64,000 nucleotides of DNA from NCBI GenBank assembly GCA_021414205.1, contig JAIOOW010000003.1:364365-428364 (forward strand), in the 5' to 3' direction. The position numbers and the translations under genes are program-made. A model generated the notes under the pieces. The model did not search any database and was not told the origin of the DNA. It saw only the letters and a program-made list of their open reading frames with translations. This DNA comes from Candidatus Anderseniibacteriota bacterium (GTDB lineage Bacteria > Patescibacteriota > Andersenbacteria > UBA10190). Below are positions 26,918 through 36,791 of the stretch, in pieces (position 1 is the first letter of the stretch; the number at the start of each line of letters is the position of its first letter).

Positions 26918-27529
26918 TTAGTGCGCAAAGAATTCGAGAACTGCCCGAATGTCTACTCCGATGTTCGCTTCTTCAAAAGATGGAAGGGACTGAATTTTGA
27001 AGTTGAATTCTTCCGGATTTATAAGGATCCAGGATGGAGTTGATGCATTCTGCATTCGTTTTTCGAATTGGGAGAAGTAAGACTTGTTTCTCTTGCTTTC
27101 TCGTACTGATACAACGTCTCCGACTCGCAGTTCGTACGATGGAACGTCTACCGGATGTCCATTTACTGCAAACAAGCGATGAGTTGCCATTTGGCGAGCT
27201 TGCGGACGAGTCTGAGCGAATCCTGATCGGAAGATTGCGTTATCCAGTCGTCGTTCTAAAAGCGAGATAAGCATCGGACCTGTTTGACCTTGCACTCGAA
27301 GAGCTTGAGCGTAGTATTTTCGAAGCTGGCCGTCTCGAATACCGAACAAATTTTTCAAGTTTTGCTTTTCGGAAAGCTGTGTACCATATCGGCTCTTCGG
27401 CTTCGGACGTCGTCCTTGCTGTCGTTGTCCGCCTTGTCCACGATTTTGCTGACGCGGATCTGCCGTGCGAGCATCTGCTGGCGCAGATGTGGCAACTGGT
27501 GCTGGAGTTGTTGTTGGTTCTGGTGACAT
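26918..27529 (-). CDS. rpsD: 30S ribosomal protein S4
   Basis: 203 aa with an S4 RNA-binding domain and an Arg/Gln-rich N-terminus. Confidence 0.9.
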   Translation of the reverse strand: MSPEPTTTPAPVATSAPADARTADPRQQNRGQGGQRQQGRRPKPKSRYGTQLSEKQNLKNLFGIRDGQLRKYYAQALRVQGQTGPMLISLLERRLDNAIFRSGFAQTRPQARQMATHRLFAVNGHPVDVPSYELRVGDVVSVRESKRNKSYFSQFEKRMQNASTPSWILINPEEFNFKIQSLPSFEEANIGVDIRAVLEFFAH

Positions 27530-27539
27530 ATAAGTAATA

Positions 27540-27944
27540 TTAAATTCTTCGACGACGAGGAGCTCGAACTCCGTTATGCGGGATCGGGGTTACGTCTCGG
27601 ATAGATGTAATGTTTACTCCTGCTGAGCTTACGCCGCGAATTGCAGCATCTCGCGCGCTCCCTACTCCTTTAACGATAATACTTGCTTCTTCTAATCCGA
27701 ATTGCTTTGCTTGTTCCATTAAGCTGGTTACTGCCTGAGTTGCCGCATATGGAGTGGATTTTCGTGTTCCGGAAAATCCTACGCGTCCGGAGCTTGAAGA
27801 TGCAACAACATTTCCCTGAGGGTCTGTAATCGTAATAAGGGTGTTGTTGAACGTAGCCTTAATATGCACTACGCCGGATTTTACCTTGCGTTTTGCCTTG
27901 GATTTCTTCTTTGTATCTTTTTGCTTTGTAGCTGGTTTTGGCAT
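27540..27944 (-). CDS. rpsK: 30S ribosomal protein S11
   Basis: 134 aa; GVVHIKATFNNTLITITD…. Confidence 0.92.
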   Translation of the reverse strand: MPKPATKQKDTKKKSKAKRKVKSGVVHIKATFNNTLITITDPQGNVVASSSSGRVGFSGTRKSTPYAATQAVTSLMEQAKQFGLEEASIIVKGVGSARDAAIRGVSSAGVNITSIRDVTPIPHNGVRAPRRRRI

Positions 27945-27953
27945 AGGAATGGT

Positions 27954-28346
27954 TTATGTCTTTTCGTTACTAGACTTTCTACCGCTTCCGGCAGTCTTTC
28001 GAACGTTTCCTCGAACTGTTCGAGAGTTCGTCTTTGTTCGCTGTCCTCGTACTGGAAGGCGTTTTGCGTGGCGGATACCTCGGTATGATCCGATGTCCTT
28101 GTGACGCTTGATATTCATGGAAACTTCTCGGCGAAGTTCTCCTTCTACTTTCATGTTTTTCTCGATGTAATCGCGAAGTGCATGCTCTTCTTTCTCTGTA
28201 AGTTCGCGAGTTGCAACCTGAGGATCGATTCCTAGTTCTTGTAAAATCTTTGCAGCCATCGGTCGGCCGATTCCGTAAATGTCGGTGATTGCAAATAGGA
28301 TATGCTTTTTATCTTGGAGAGTTACTCCGGAAATTCGAATAGCCAT
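27954..28346 (-). CDS. rpsM: 30S ribosomal protein S13
   Basis: 130 aa; MAIRISGV…ITDIYGIG…. Confidence 0.92.
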   Translation of the reverse strand: MAIRISGVTLQDKKHILFAITDIYGIGRPMAAKILQELGIDPQVATRELTEKEEHALRDYIEKNMKVEGELRREVSMNIKRHKDIGSYRGIRHAKRLPVRGQRTKTNSRTVRGNVRKTAGSGRKSSNEKT

Positions 28347-28348
28347 AA

Positions 28349-28462
28349 TTACAGTTGACGTTGCTTATGTTTCGGATTTTCACAAATCACTACAACCTTG
28401 CCTTTTCGGCGAGTTGTTTTGCACTTTGCGCACATTTTTTTTACAGATGCTCTAACTTTCAT
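28349..28462 (-). CDS. rpmJ: 50S ribosomal protein L36
   Basis: Not in the ORF track because it is too short. My translation of the reverse strand gives [37 protein letters not shown] (37 aa), with the C-x2-C-x12-C-x4-H zinc ribbon. Confidence 0.9.
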   Translation of the reverse strand: MKVRASVKKMCAKCKTTRRKGKVVVICENPKHKQRQL

Positions 28463-28466
28463 GGTG

Positions 28467-28718
28467 TTATTGTAGTCGAAGAATAATTCTACCTTTTGTG
28501 AGGTCGTATGCGGACATTGCTACCCGTACGCGATCCCCTGGCATTACTCGGATTCTATGAATCCTCATTTTACCGCTTAAGTGGCCAATAATGGTCTGGC
28601 CGGTGTCTAATTGTACTTTGAATTGAGTATTCGGGAGAGTTTCCTCTATTTCCCCGTCTACTTCAACGAAATCTTGCTTTGACAGATGAAAAAGCTTAGT
28701 GATTAAAAACACCTGCAT
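28467..28718 (-). CDS. infA: translation initiation factor IF-1 (N-terminal extension of ~11 aa or a downstream alternative start)
   Basis: S1-like OB fold (…[39 protein letters not shown]…RVMPGDRV…). Confidence 0.85.
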   Translation of the reverse strand: MQVFLITKLFHLSKQDFVEVDGEIEETLPNTQFKVQLDTGQTIIGHLSGKMRIHRIRVMPGDRVRVAMSAYDLTKGRIILRLQ

Positions 28719-28818
28719 GTCTCCTGCCTTTGGTCGCTAATCAGCCCGAAGTCTTGAGAAAGCGCAGATAAAAGATATGGTATACGAGGTTGTTTATGTT
28801 GTCAAATACCCTTGCAGG

Positions 28819-30279
28819 CTATCTCGTTGGGTTTACTTGGATGTTTATCCTCTGCTGGATAGACGGGATGCTTTGGACCCAGAATGGCCATAATTTGAGG
28901 TCTACGGTTTGTGCGCCAGGCAAATTCTGGAGGTACGTTGTTGCGTCGTCTTTACTTCTCCCCACGAGCTTGTCTTTGAGGGTATCGAGGGAAACGTTCG
29001 GAATCGTTGAGTGGGTTACTCGGGCAGTGACGTTTGCAACGCCTTTATCCCAATCAACAGAATCAACGGACTTGGTGAACGATATTGGGCCGGGGAATAG
29101 CGTGGTGTTTGGAGGCAGATTAGAAGCAAGGGCTGATTGCAATACGCTATTTAAGGCGCTTTCTTGATATGCGAATACTCGAGCAGTGGCTGTTGCAGTA
29201 AACACGATGTTTTCTGCCTTATCCCCCGTTTTCTGTGCGGGAGCAAAAGAATCTAGTTTTATGTCCCAACTTTCCTCCATTAATGACCATCCGGACTGTA
29301 ATTGTGCTTTTGCGGCTTGCTCAACCTGGGCCTTTGCTTGTGCTTTTGCGGCTTCGTGGGCAGCGTCTAGGTCGCTATCCGCAACAACCTTCACTTGTTG
29401 ACCAGATCCGCCAGTAAATGCTGTTTCAACTTGCCCATACACAACTGCTTTTGCAGAGCCGTCTAATGCTGCAAAGTCGAGGCGTTGCGGCGTTAGATTG
29501 CCCTGGTCGCCAGCGTCTGCTGCCTCCACTTCTACTGTTGCGCTTGAAACGCTACTTCCTGAAGATGCGGGAATGATTGCTGGTGATTGCATGTAAAATA
29601 TTGCGCCGTCTTTGGTCGCAAGCCTGCTTTGCGCTTTAATTTTTTGCGTATCGAATGTTTTATTGAAAATTCGTACCGTTCCCTTGGCCTTCGTGCCAAT
29701 TGTTTGCGTCGTAGTTACGGGGGATCCGCCCTGAATTTGTACCTGTTGAGAAAATACTGTTCCAGGAACGGCATTCGGTACTGCCGCGGCATTTGTCGCA
29801 ATGCTTAATTTTTGATCAACTAAAAGAGGTGCTGTTTGGATATTGAGAGCAATGTTGGCAGATGGCAAGAATATAAACGCTGCAATTCCGGCAACAACAA
29901 GAACAACGGCGCTAAGCGCCATGGCAATTTTAGTCTCTTTTGTGCCTAATAGCATTGCTGGTTTGAATGTTTTTGTCTTCTTTATTTTTTTAGCTTTTTC
30001 CGTTTTTTTTGGAATTACTGCGAATAATGGTCGTTTTTCCATTGCGATAGCAGGTTCCTTTTTTGACTGCTTTTCTGGCACCATCTGCTTAGGAACATGT
30101 ACGGTAGTGATCGGAATTTGCGAGCCGGCAAAGCGTCGAACGGAGCTTTTTGCAGTCGGTTTTTTTGCTGCGATTTTGCTCGCATGCTTTTCGTATAGCT
30201 TCTTGGCTTCTTCTGGCAACTCTTCTGGAATATCCTTTCGAGAAAATGACGGTTTTTTGTTTGAGGTAATGTCGCGCAT
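28819..30279 (-). CDS. hypothetical single-pass membrane protein, lysine-rich cytoplasmic N-terminus, large Ala/Gln-rich extracytoplasmic domain
   Basis: 486 aa. It occupies the slot upstream of infA where secY-adk-map normally sit. No family recognised. Confidence 0.5.
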   Translation of the reverse strand: MRDITSNKKPSFSRKDIPEELPEEAKKLYEKHASKIAAKKPTAKSSVRRFAGSQIPITTVHVPKQMVPEKQSKKEPAIAMEKRPLFAVIPKKTEKAKKIKKTKTFKPAMLLGTKETKIAMALSAVVLVVAGIAAFIFLPSANIALNIQTAPLLVDQKLSIATNAAAVPNAVPGTVFSQQVQIQGGSPVTTTQTIGTKAKGTVRIFNKTFDTQKIKAQSRLATKDGAIFYMQSPAIIPASSGSSVSSATVEVEAADAGDQGNLTPQRLDFAALDGSAKAVVYGQVETAFTGGSGQQVKVVADSDLDAAHEAAKAQAKAQVEQAAKAQLQSGWSLMEESWDIKLDSFAPAQKTGDKAENIVFTATATARVFAYQESALNSVLQSALASNLPPNTTLFPGPISFTKSVDSVDWDKGVANVTARVTHSTIPNVSLDTLKDKLVGRSKDDATTYLQNLPGAQTVDLKLWPFWVQSIPSIQQRINIQVNPTR

Positions 30280-30320
30280 TGGTGTTTAGTATACCGCCAA
30301 TGCACCTGATTGCAAAAACG

Positions 30321-32240
30321 CTACTCCAGTACAGCCTTTATTCGACGCACCCCTGCTGATGCTGATTCTTCTTTGGTAATTTTAAACTTTCCGAGCACTC
30401 CAGTGTGCTCCACATGCGGGCCTCCGCAAATTTCGCACGAGAAATCGCCCATCGTATACACGGAAACGGTATCTCCGTATTTGTGTTCAAAAAGTCCGAG
30501 TGCGCCTTTTCGTTTCGCTTCATCTACGCTCATTTCTTCTCGGGTAACCTGCATGTCTTTTTGAATCTGTTCGTTTACCAAGTCCTCGGTTTGCTTGATT
30601 TGTTCCGGCGTCATTTTTTCTGGATGAGAGAAATCGAACCTGAGCCGTTCCGGCGTAATATTACTTCCTTTTTGCTGCACATGATCGCCTAAAATAGTTT
30701 TCAGCGACTTGTGTAGTAAGTGCGTCGCCGTGTGATACTTAACCGACATTTCGGAATGATCTGATAAGCCCCCTTTAAACTTTCCAGCTGATGCGGTGCG
30801 AGATAGATCTTGGTGTTTTTTCATATTGTCGTCGAACTCTTTTTGAAACCCTAATGTATCCACTGTCTTCCCGCTCTTTTGAGCTTCCTCGATAATCATT
30901 TCAATTGGGAATCCGTACGTAGAATATAATTCAAATGCCTGTTGGCCGTTTACATCTCCGCTATTTTGAAGAATTTGTTCAAGTTTTAATAAGCCAGTAC
31001 GTAATGTTTTTCCAAATTTTTCTTCTTCTTTAAGAATCTCGGATAAAATAATTTCTTTGCGTTCTGCCAATATTGGGTATGCTTCTGAATATGATGAAAT
31101 GACAGATGCGGCTAATTCAGACAAAAACGGCTTATCGATAGCAAGGAATCTACCAAAGCGAACCGCTCTACGAAGCAGCCGGCGAGCAAAGTAACCCTGA
31201 TCTTTTTTATCCGGCACTACCTCATCACCAATTAAAAATGTTACGGCACGGATGTGATCCATGATTACACGAAATGATGCTTTCTCCGGGCCGCTATATT
31301 CTTTGCCGGATATTTTTTCTAGTGAAGCTATGAGTGGCGCAAAAATATCTATTAAAAACACATCGGGTGTATCTGCAACTGCGGCAGTAAGGCGTTCTAG
31401 TCCACCGCCGAAATCAACGTTCCGCTGAGGCAGTTCTTCGAAACCGGAATTCGTTTTTATGTATTGCATGAAAACGTTGTTTCCAATTTCCATAAACCGT
31501 CCGCAGTCGCAGTTTACGTGGCAGGGTTGGTCTTTAAACGGGGATGATTCGTGCAGCGATTCGTCGTTTGGCGAAAAATCCCAAAACATTTCTGTGTCTG
31601 GGCCGCCTGGCTCCCCTATGGGCATATTTTCTGGAACACCAGCGCGGGACCACCAATTCTTTTTTTCTCCGTACGAAAAAATTCGTCCGTCTTGCATGCC
31701 GTTTTCCTCAGAATTATCTACTAGCTTTGCATCGATATTTTTTTTAGCAAAAGATTTTTTCCATAACTCCGCGCTTTCCGTGTCTTTTGGAATGCCGATT
31801 GCGTCATTGCCAGCAAAGATGGTTACATAGATTCTATTTGCATCTAACCCTAAGCCTTTTTTCGAATCCGTTAAAAATTCAAACATCCAAGGGATCTGGT
31901 CCGCTTTAAAATAATCTCCCAGCGACCAATTCCCCAACATTTCAAAAAAAGTGGTGTGGCGATTATCTCCAATGTCATCGATGTCTTGCACGCGCAGGCA
32001 CTTCTGCGAGTCTGTAATCCTTGTTCCATTGGGATGTTTTTGCCCAAGCAAGTAGGAAATCATCGGCTGCATGCCGGAGCCGGTAAATAATGTGGTTGGA
32101 TCATTTTCCGGAACGAGTCGCGCAGACGCAATAATCGCATGCTGTTTGGATGCAAAAAAATCTAAGTATTTTTTTCGAACGTCGTTGAGCGATAGATTTT
32201 CCATGTACCCTAGCGTAGCAGGGCTGGTGTCCAAGTTCAA
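30321..32240 (-). CDS. alaS: alanyl-tRNA synthetase, short form lacking the C-terminal C-Ala/DHHA1 domain
   Basis: 639 aa with the catalytic core and an editing domain carrying HTATHLLH and CGGPHV metal motifs. The protein ends right after the editing domain. Confidence 0.88.
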   Translation of the reverse strand: MNLDTSPATLGYMENLSLNDVRKKYLDFFASKQHAIIASARLVPENDPTTLFTGSGMQPMISYLLGQKHPNGTRITDSQKCLRVQDIDDIGDNRHTTFFEMLGNWSLGDYFKADQIPWMFEFLTDSKKGLGLDANRIYVTIFAGNDAIGIPKDTESAELWKKSFAKKNIDAKLVDNSEENGMQDGRIFSYGEKKNWWSRAGVPENMPIGEPGGPDTEMFWDFSPNDESLHESSPFKDQPCHVNCDCGRFMEIGNNVFMQYIKTNSGFEELPQRNVDFGGGLERLTAAVADTPDVFLIDIFAPLIASLEKISGKEYSGPEKASFRVIMDHIRAVTFLIGDEVVPDKKDQGYFARRLLRRAVRFGRFLAIDKPFLSELAASVISSYSEAYPILAERKEIILSEILKEEEKFGKTLRTGLLKLEQILQNSGDVNGQQAFELYSTYGFPIEMIIEEAQKSGKTVDTLGFQKEFDDNMKKHQDLSRTASAGKFKGGLSDHSEMSVKYHTATHLLHKSLKTILGDHVQQKGSNITPERLRFDFSHPEKMTPEQIKQTEDLVNEQIQKDMQVTREEMSVDEAKRKGALGLFEHKYGDTVSVYTMGDFSCEICGGPHVEHTGVLGKFKITKEESASAGVRRIKAVLE

Positions 32241-32794
32241 TCCGGCTGCTGAGTGATCATAGTGTCCACGTCGCTTGGAAGCACTCGCGATGTAAACTGG
32301 AGAGATTCCTTATATGGGTTCGGCCAAGATGCATGGATAGGTCCCTCGAATTTATCTAGATATTCTCGAGCTTCTTCGTTTGTCTTTTCTCCGATGGCGA
32401 TGTCGTGCGCCAAGTTGAGTATTAAAATATTTGCATGTTCGCTTTCGCAGAATGCAGTCATTTCCCCTCGAGTTCTGTCTATAATCACGCTTCCGTCGAA
32501 TGCAACAATATCGTCGACTTTTTGTTCTGGAATTTTCGCATCGACTGTTTGTTCCAGGATATCGATGTGGGGGTGAGGTACGTTGTGTCGGACGCCGTCC
32601 CGATGCAGAACGGTTTGTTTCCATGGTCCATTGTAGTGCCAAATGAGCATTGTTTGAGTGGCTTCGTGAGGCATTCCGTATGAGCGGATCAATTCGCCTG
32701 CAAGCTTGCGTGACGCAGAAGGCCAATTCGAAACAAGGTCGAGTACTGCAGACCCTTGAATTCGCTGATTACTAATTCTCGTCATCCCATGCAT
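32237..32794 (-). CDS. hypothetical protein (~182 aa)
   Basis: ORF with a 4-nt overlap to alaS. No family recognised; the probable start is at MTRI. Confidence 0.4.
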   Translation of the reverse strand: MHGMTRISNQRIQGSAVLDLVSNWPSASRKLAGELIRSYGMPHEATQTMLIWHYNGPWKQTVLHRDGVRHNVPHPHIDILEQTVDAKIPEQKVDDIVAFDGSVIIDRTRGEMTAFCESEHANILILNLAHDIAIGEKTNEEAREYLDKFEGPIHASWPNPYKESLQFTSRVLPSDVDTMITQQPD

Positions 32795-32866
32795 ACTCTC
32801 AATATCCGTATATTTTATACGTATGTCAACCTACAAAAAAAGAATTTCGACAAAAAAATATGACAG

Positions 32867-33574
32867 TTAGAAGTATTTTCTTTCCTTGCTTTCTTTTATA
32901 ATATCAAAAGCTTCCTCCGGGGTGTCTACGATAGCGTATAAGTCTATGTCCTCAGGAGAAATTGTTTTGAAGGTTTGAACAAGCGATGTTCGAATCCATG
33001 TGTCGAGTGGTTCCCAAAATTCTTTTCCGACGCAAATAACAGGCACGCCATTCATCTTTTTTGTCTGGATGAGCGTAATCATTTCAAAGAATTCATCGAG
33101 CGTGCCGAATCCTCCCGGAAAAAATACGTATGCCTGCGCGGATGCAGACAGCATTACTTTTCGAGTGAAAAAATAGTGAAACCCAATTCCCTTTTTCACA
33201 TATGCATTACGGCGTTGTTCTGTTGGGAGTTGAATATCGAGGCCAATGGATTCTCCTCCACCCTCATATGCACCCCTATTTCCCGCTTCCATAATACCTG
33301 GTCCTCCGCCGGTAATAACGGTGAATTGATTTTCAGCAAGCAAGCGCCCTAATGCTCGCGCAACGTTATACCACTTGTCTGTTTCGGGCAGTCTTGCAGA
33401 TCCGAAAAATGTAACTTCTTTTCTGAGTGGATATAAAAATTCGAATCCGTCTACGAATTCCGCCATGATGCGGAAAATTCTCCAGTTCGCATCCTCGGTA
33501 AAATCAAATGGCCGATCAATCGGAAATTTGCTGTGATCGGAAGGATCGTATCGCATGAAATAAGTATAGCACAC
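32867..33574 (-). CDS. LOG family protein (cytokinin riboside 5'-monophosphate phosphoribohydrolase-like / TIGR00730 Rossmann protein)
   Basis: Signature VITGGGPGIMEAGNRGAYEGGG…GGFGTLDE. The start is ambiguous between M1 and MRYDPSD. Confidence 0.8.
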   Translation of the reverse strand: MCYTYFMRYDPSDHSKFPIDRPFDFTEDANWRIFRIMAEFVDGFEFLYPLRKEVTFFGSARLPETDKWYNVARALGRLLAENQFTVITGGGPGIMEAGNRGAYEGGGESIGLDIQLPTEQRRNAYVKKGIGFHYFFTRKVMLSASAQAYVFFPGGFGTLDEFFEMITLIQTKKMNGVPVICVGKEFWEPLDTWIRTSLVQTFKTISPEDIDLYAIVDTPEEAFDIIKESKERKYF

Positions 33575-35488
33575 CTATATCTTTGGCGGTCGTGGCGGTG
33601 TGTAGTTTTGGATGTCGTCTATTTTTGATGGCGTGATCGGAGGAAGTGAATTCTTGGGCGAAGCTTGCTCTCGGGAATCAATCTTCGGCTTATTTGCATC
33701 AAGCAGCTTAGCGCGTTTGCGCTCGTCGTAACATTCTTTACAGAACACTTCTTTTTCCGGGTCCGGTTTGAACGGAACTTCCGTATGCTTTCCGCAATTA
33801 GAACAAGTAGCCGGATATAGTTTTACTGAGGGTTTATGCTTTTCTTCTGAATGCGTGCGCGTGTTGTTAGGTGGTACGGCAGGTGAAGTTGGGGCATCGT
33901 CAGTAGCATCGTCGCTCGTATCCTCTTTTCTGCCTAACAGTGCTGAGAGATCCGTAATCATTTCTTGTTTTGCAGGGGCGATGACAATATCTTCCAATTC
34001 ATCCGGTTTTTCTTGAACTGGTGTGAATGCTTTTTTATCTACGTGCTCTTGTCGCGGTTTATTTTCTTGCTTTGTTGGTGTTTGAGTGTTTGGAACATTT
34101 GATGCAGGTCGATTAGGTGTTTGTCGCGATTGAGATTGATTATTTTGCGGTTGCCCTTGCTTGCCAAGAAAAATTTGCGGCTTAGGGGACTGTTCCCCGT
34201 TTTCTTGAGCTCCTAAGGTTGAGCTGCTCCATCGTGCAATTTTTTCCTCGATTTCTTTTCGAGGCGATCCGTATCGTTCTCTCGAAACGCGTAATACTTT
34301 TTCTTTACTATTATATGTTTCTGCTACTGGTGCAATCGTTTCCATAGAGAACGGAGCGCTCGTAGCGCCTTTTATCATGAGTTTGATATACGCATTATAT
34401 TTATCCAAGTTCACTAAATCCGTTTGGGTAAAGTACGGCATAAATTCTTTTTCGAGATATTCCGCATCGAATGCACCCACGCGGAACGAGATTATTGTTC
34501 CTACGTTTCCGAATACGGCATCACGCACCACCTCTTCCATCTGCGTAATGTATTGATGAGCGATTATTAAATTGAGGCGATACTTTCGAGCCTCGGAAAG
34601 AATTGTTGCGAATGATTCGGTAGCGAAATTTTGAAATTCGTCGACGTATAGATAGAAGTCTCGTCGCTGCGCTTCCGGAATACTTGCGCGATCCATGGCT
34701 GCAAGTTGGAGCTTGGTAATAAGCATGGCGCCGAGCAAAGCGGAGTTATCTTCTCCGATACGTCCTTTTGAAACGTTAATAAGAAGAATTTTCCCGTTAT
34801 CCATAATATCCTTCATGTCGATCGTGCTTTTCGGTTGTGCGACGATATTGCGGATAATGGACGAACTTAAGAATTGCCCGACTTTGTTTTGGATCGGAGA
34901 AATTGCCTCGCTTCTGAATCGTTCGTTGTAATTGGCGAATTCGTTTACCCAAAAAGCTTTTACTACTGGGTCCGTGATTGTTTCTACCACTTTTGAGCGA
35001 TAGCTTTTATCCGCAAGCATGCGCATGATGCCAAGCATTGTTGAGGACGGGTAATCAAGAAGAGCTAAAATAACATTTCGGAGAATGTATTCCAATCGCG
35101 GCCCCCAAGAATCTGCCCAGATTTTTTTCAGCGAGCTTACTAGCCCTGATGCTACTAAGTATTTATATTGCGGATCAACGGATTCGAGCGGATTAAATGC
35201 AACAGGAAAATCCACATCCGCGGGGTCAAAGTACACAACGTCATTAATGCGTTCCGGTGGAATGATATCCAAAATCTTTTCAGCAACGTCTCCGTGAGGG
35301 TCTACAAGCGCAAGGCCGCGCCCAAGCTTAACGTCCTGAATAATCATATTTTCGAGCAACGTCGTTTTGCCCACGCCCGTTTTTCCAATTACATATACGT
35401 GGCGCCTGCGATCATCGGTATAAATACCAAATGGTTTTCGTTGATGACGAAAGTTCGTTTGTCCTACTACGGTAATTTCATCAAGCAT
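33575..35488 (-). CDS. DUF87/HerA-FtsK-superfamily P-loop ATPase (type IV coupling-protein-like) with low-complexity linker and C-terminal C4 zinc ribbon
   Basis: Walker A GKTGVGKTT is followed by the DUF87-typical LVDPHGD. The Walker B motif is LYVDEFQNF. The C-terminal ~200 aa are Pro/Gln/Asn/Lys-rich and end in CSNCGKH…x17…CKECY. I place the start at the internal Met, overlapping the upstream gene by 8 nt. Confidence 0.7.
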   Translation of the reverse strand: MLDEITVVGQTNFRHQRKPFGIYTDDRRRHVYVIGKTGVGKTTLLENMIIQDVKLGRGLALVDPHGDVAEKILDIIPPERINDVVYFDPADVDFPVAFNPLESVDPQYKYLVASGLVSSLKKIWADSWGPRLEYILRNVILALLDYPSSTMLGIMRMLADKSYRSKVVETITDPVVKAFWVNEFANYNERFRSEAISPIQNKVGQFLSSSIIRNIVAQPKSTIDMKDIMDNGKILLINVSKGRIGEDNSALLGAMLITKLQLAAMDRASIPEAQRRDFYLYVDEFQNFATESFATILSEARKYRLNLIIAHQYITQMEEVVRDAVFGNVGTIISFRVGAFDAEYLEKEFMPYFTQTDLVNLDKYNAYIKLMIKGATSAPFSMETIAPVAETYNSKEKVLRVSRERYGSPRKEIEEKIARWSSSTLGAQENGEQSPKPQIFLGKQGQPQNNQSQSRQTPNRPASNVPNTQTPTKQENKPRQEHVDKKAFTPVQEKPDELEDIVIAPAKQEMITDLSALLGRKEDTSDDATDDAPTSPAVPPNNTRTHSEEKHKPSVKLYPATCSNCGKHTEVPFKPDPEKEVFCKECYDERKRAKLLDANKPKIDSREQASPKNSLPPITPSKIDDIQNYTPPRPPKI

Positions 35489-36776
35489 ATGGAAGGTTTG
35501 CAGGAGGGTTTTTATGACCAGCCTTTGCCCGATCAACTCCAGGGGTTGTTACATACTTCACTGGGAAATGGTATATGGTTGCCAGCTCTTCAGCATTCAT
35601 AATCTGTCCGGAATCTGTTCCAAAAAAATCCCGCCACTGAAAATTCAGCAAAGCATTGCGTTCTTTTAACCATCTGCGCCGATCTTTCATGAAAAATCCA
35701 GGACCGTTCGTCTTTGTTTCTTTGTCTGGTGAGAAAGAGTTTAAATGCGCTGCCGTAAATTGCTTGAATACGCCGAATCCGCGAGAAATATTTGGCTTTT
35801 TTAATTGTCCTACCGGTGCAATATGCACGACGCGTACTTTCGTTTTGTATCCGTTGCTGGAAATTTTTTGTAAAATAGACTTCATTTTTGCGTCATCGAC
35901 AGGATTGAAGAAGCGAAGAACTTTCTCTTCTTTTTTTGTTTCTATCTCAATAGGACCCTTAAACACTGCTTGAAAGAATTCGCTCGGAAGCGCGGAGATG
36001 AATTCTTTTGCGTTGTCCCACATACCCGGCTTTGGTTTTGAAGCTTGTCCTGAAATTTCTGCAATTTTTTTCTCTCCTCTTTTCTCCCACTTTTTAATAT
36101 CGCTTCCGGAGATGGGGCGAACAAGCACCTGGACCCAGAATTCCTCGCCTGGCTCCACGTTTGTGAGTGTTTCCAAAATGATCTGCATCGGATCAACAAA
36201 CGGAATATTTTCCGCTAAGCTTGCTTCGAATTCCTTGTATGTCTTTATAGGAAGGATGTCATCCTCCGTAAGAATAATATCGGCTCCCCACATCTCGAAT
36301 TTAGTTCGCAAATCCTCAACATTATATCGCTGAGTATAATCTTCTACTTCCTGGATATCTGCCTTTGGGTATTGCGCGTATATAATTGCCTCAAATAATC
36401 GTCTATGTGCGGTTGGTATAACGATAATAAACTTTGCTGATTGTTGGGTGCAGTATATCTCGAAGCTGGCCCATGCTTCTAGATATCCGTCAAAATATTT
36501 TTCGTTGATATCGGGGCCCTTGTGTATGCCTCCCATAACTTCAAAGATAACTTCCATAGAGCGAGGCGTTTCCTCCGTTTCTTCGGGGAGAGTGATTTGG
36601 TAGAATGTCCATTCGATGGCGCTCACATAGTCCACCATTTTTAGGAGGAGATATGTTTTCCATGCGATCCACATAACCATCCAGACCACAAGAAGCCATC
36701 CGAATGTGAGGATAGTCGGCCCAAATTGCTGAGCAAAATCAGAGAAGGTGTACTCCATTCCCCTATTGTACTGCAA
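35481..36776 (-). CDS. hypothetical membrane protein (2 N-terminal TM helices plus ~370-aa soluble domain), translationally coupled partner of the DUF87 ATPase
   Basis: 431 aa with an N-terminal hairpin TM (…ILTFGWLLVVWMVMWIAW…). No family recognised. Confidence 0.55.
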   Translation of the reverse strand: MQYNRGMEYTFSDFAQQFGPTILTFGWLLVVWMVMWIAWKTYLLLKMVDYVSAIEWTFYQITLPEETEETPRSMEVIFEVMGGIHKGPDINEKYFDGYLEAWASFEIYCTQQSAKFIIVIPTAHRRLFEAIIYAQYPKADIQEVEDYTQRYNVEDLRTKFEMWGADIILTEDDILPIKTYKEFEASLAENIPFVDPMQIILETLTNVEPGEEFWVQVLVRPISGSDIKKWEKRGEKKIAEISGQASKPKPGMWDNAKEFISALPSEFFQAVFKGPIEIETKKEEKVLRFFNPVDDAKMKSILQKISSNGYKTKVRVVHIAPVGQLKKPNISRGFGVFKQFTAAHLNSFSPDKETKTNGPGFFMKDRRRWLKERNALLNFQWRDFFGTDSGQIMNAEELATIYHFPVKYVTTPGVDRAKAGHKNPPANLPYA

Positions 36777-36791
36777 ATTTTCGTTTAATGC

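Noticed and set aside
32352-32726. 124-aa Arg-rich ORF on the minus strand overlapping the 32237-32794 gene
   Set aside because: Low-complexity out-of-frame shadow ORF.
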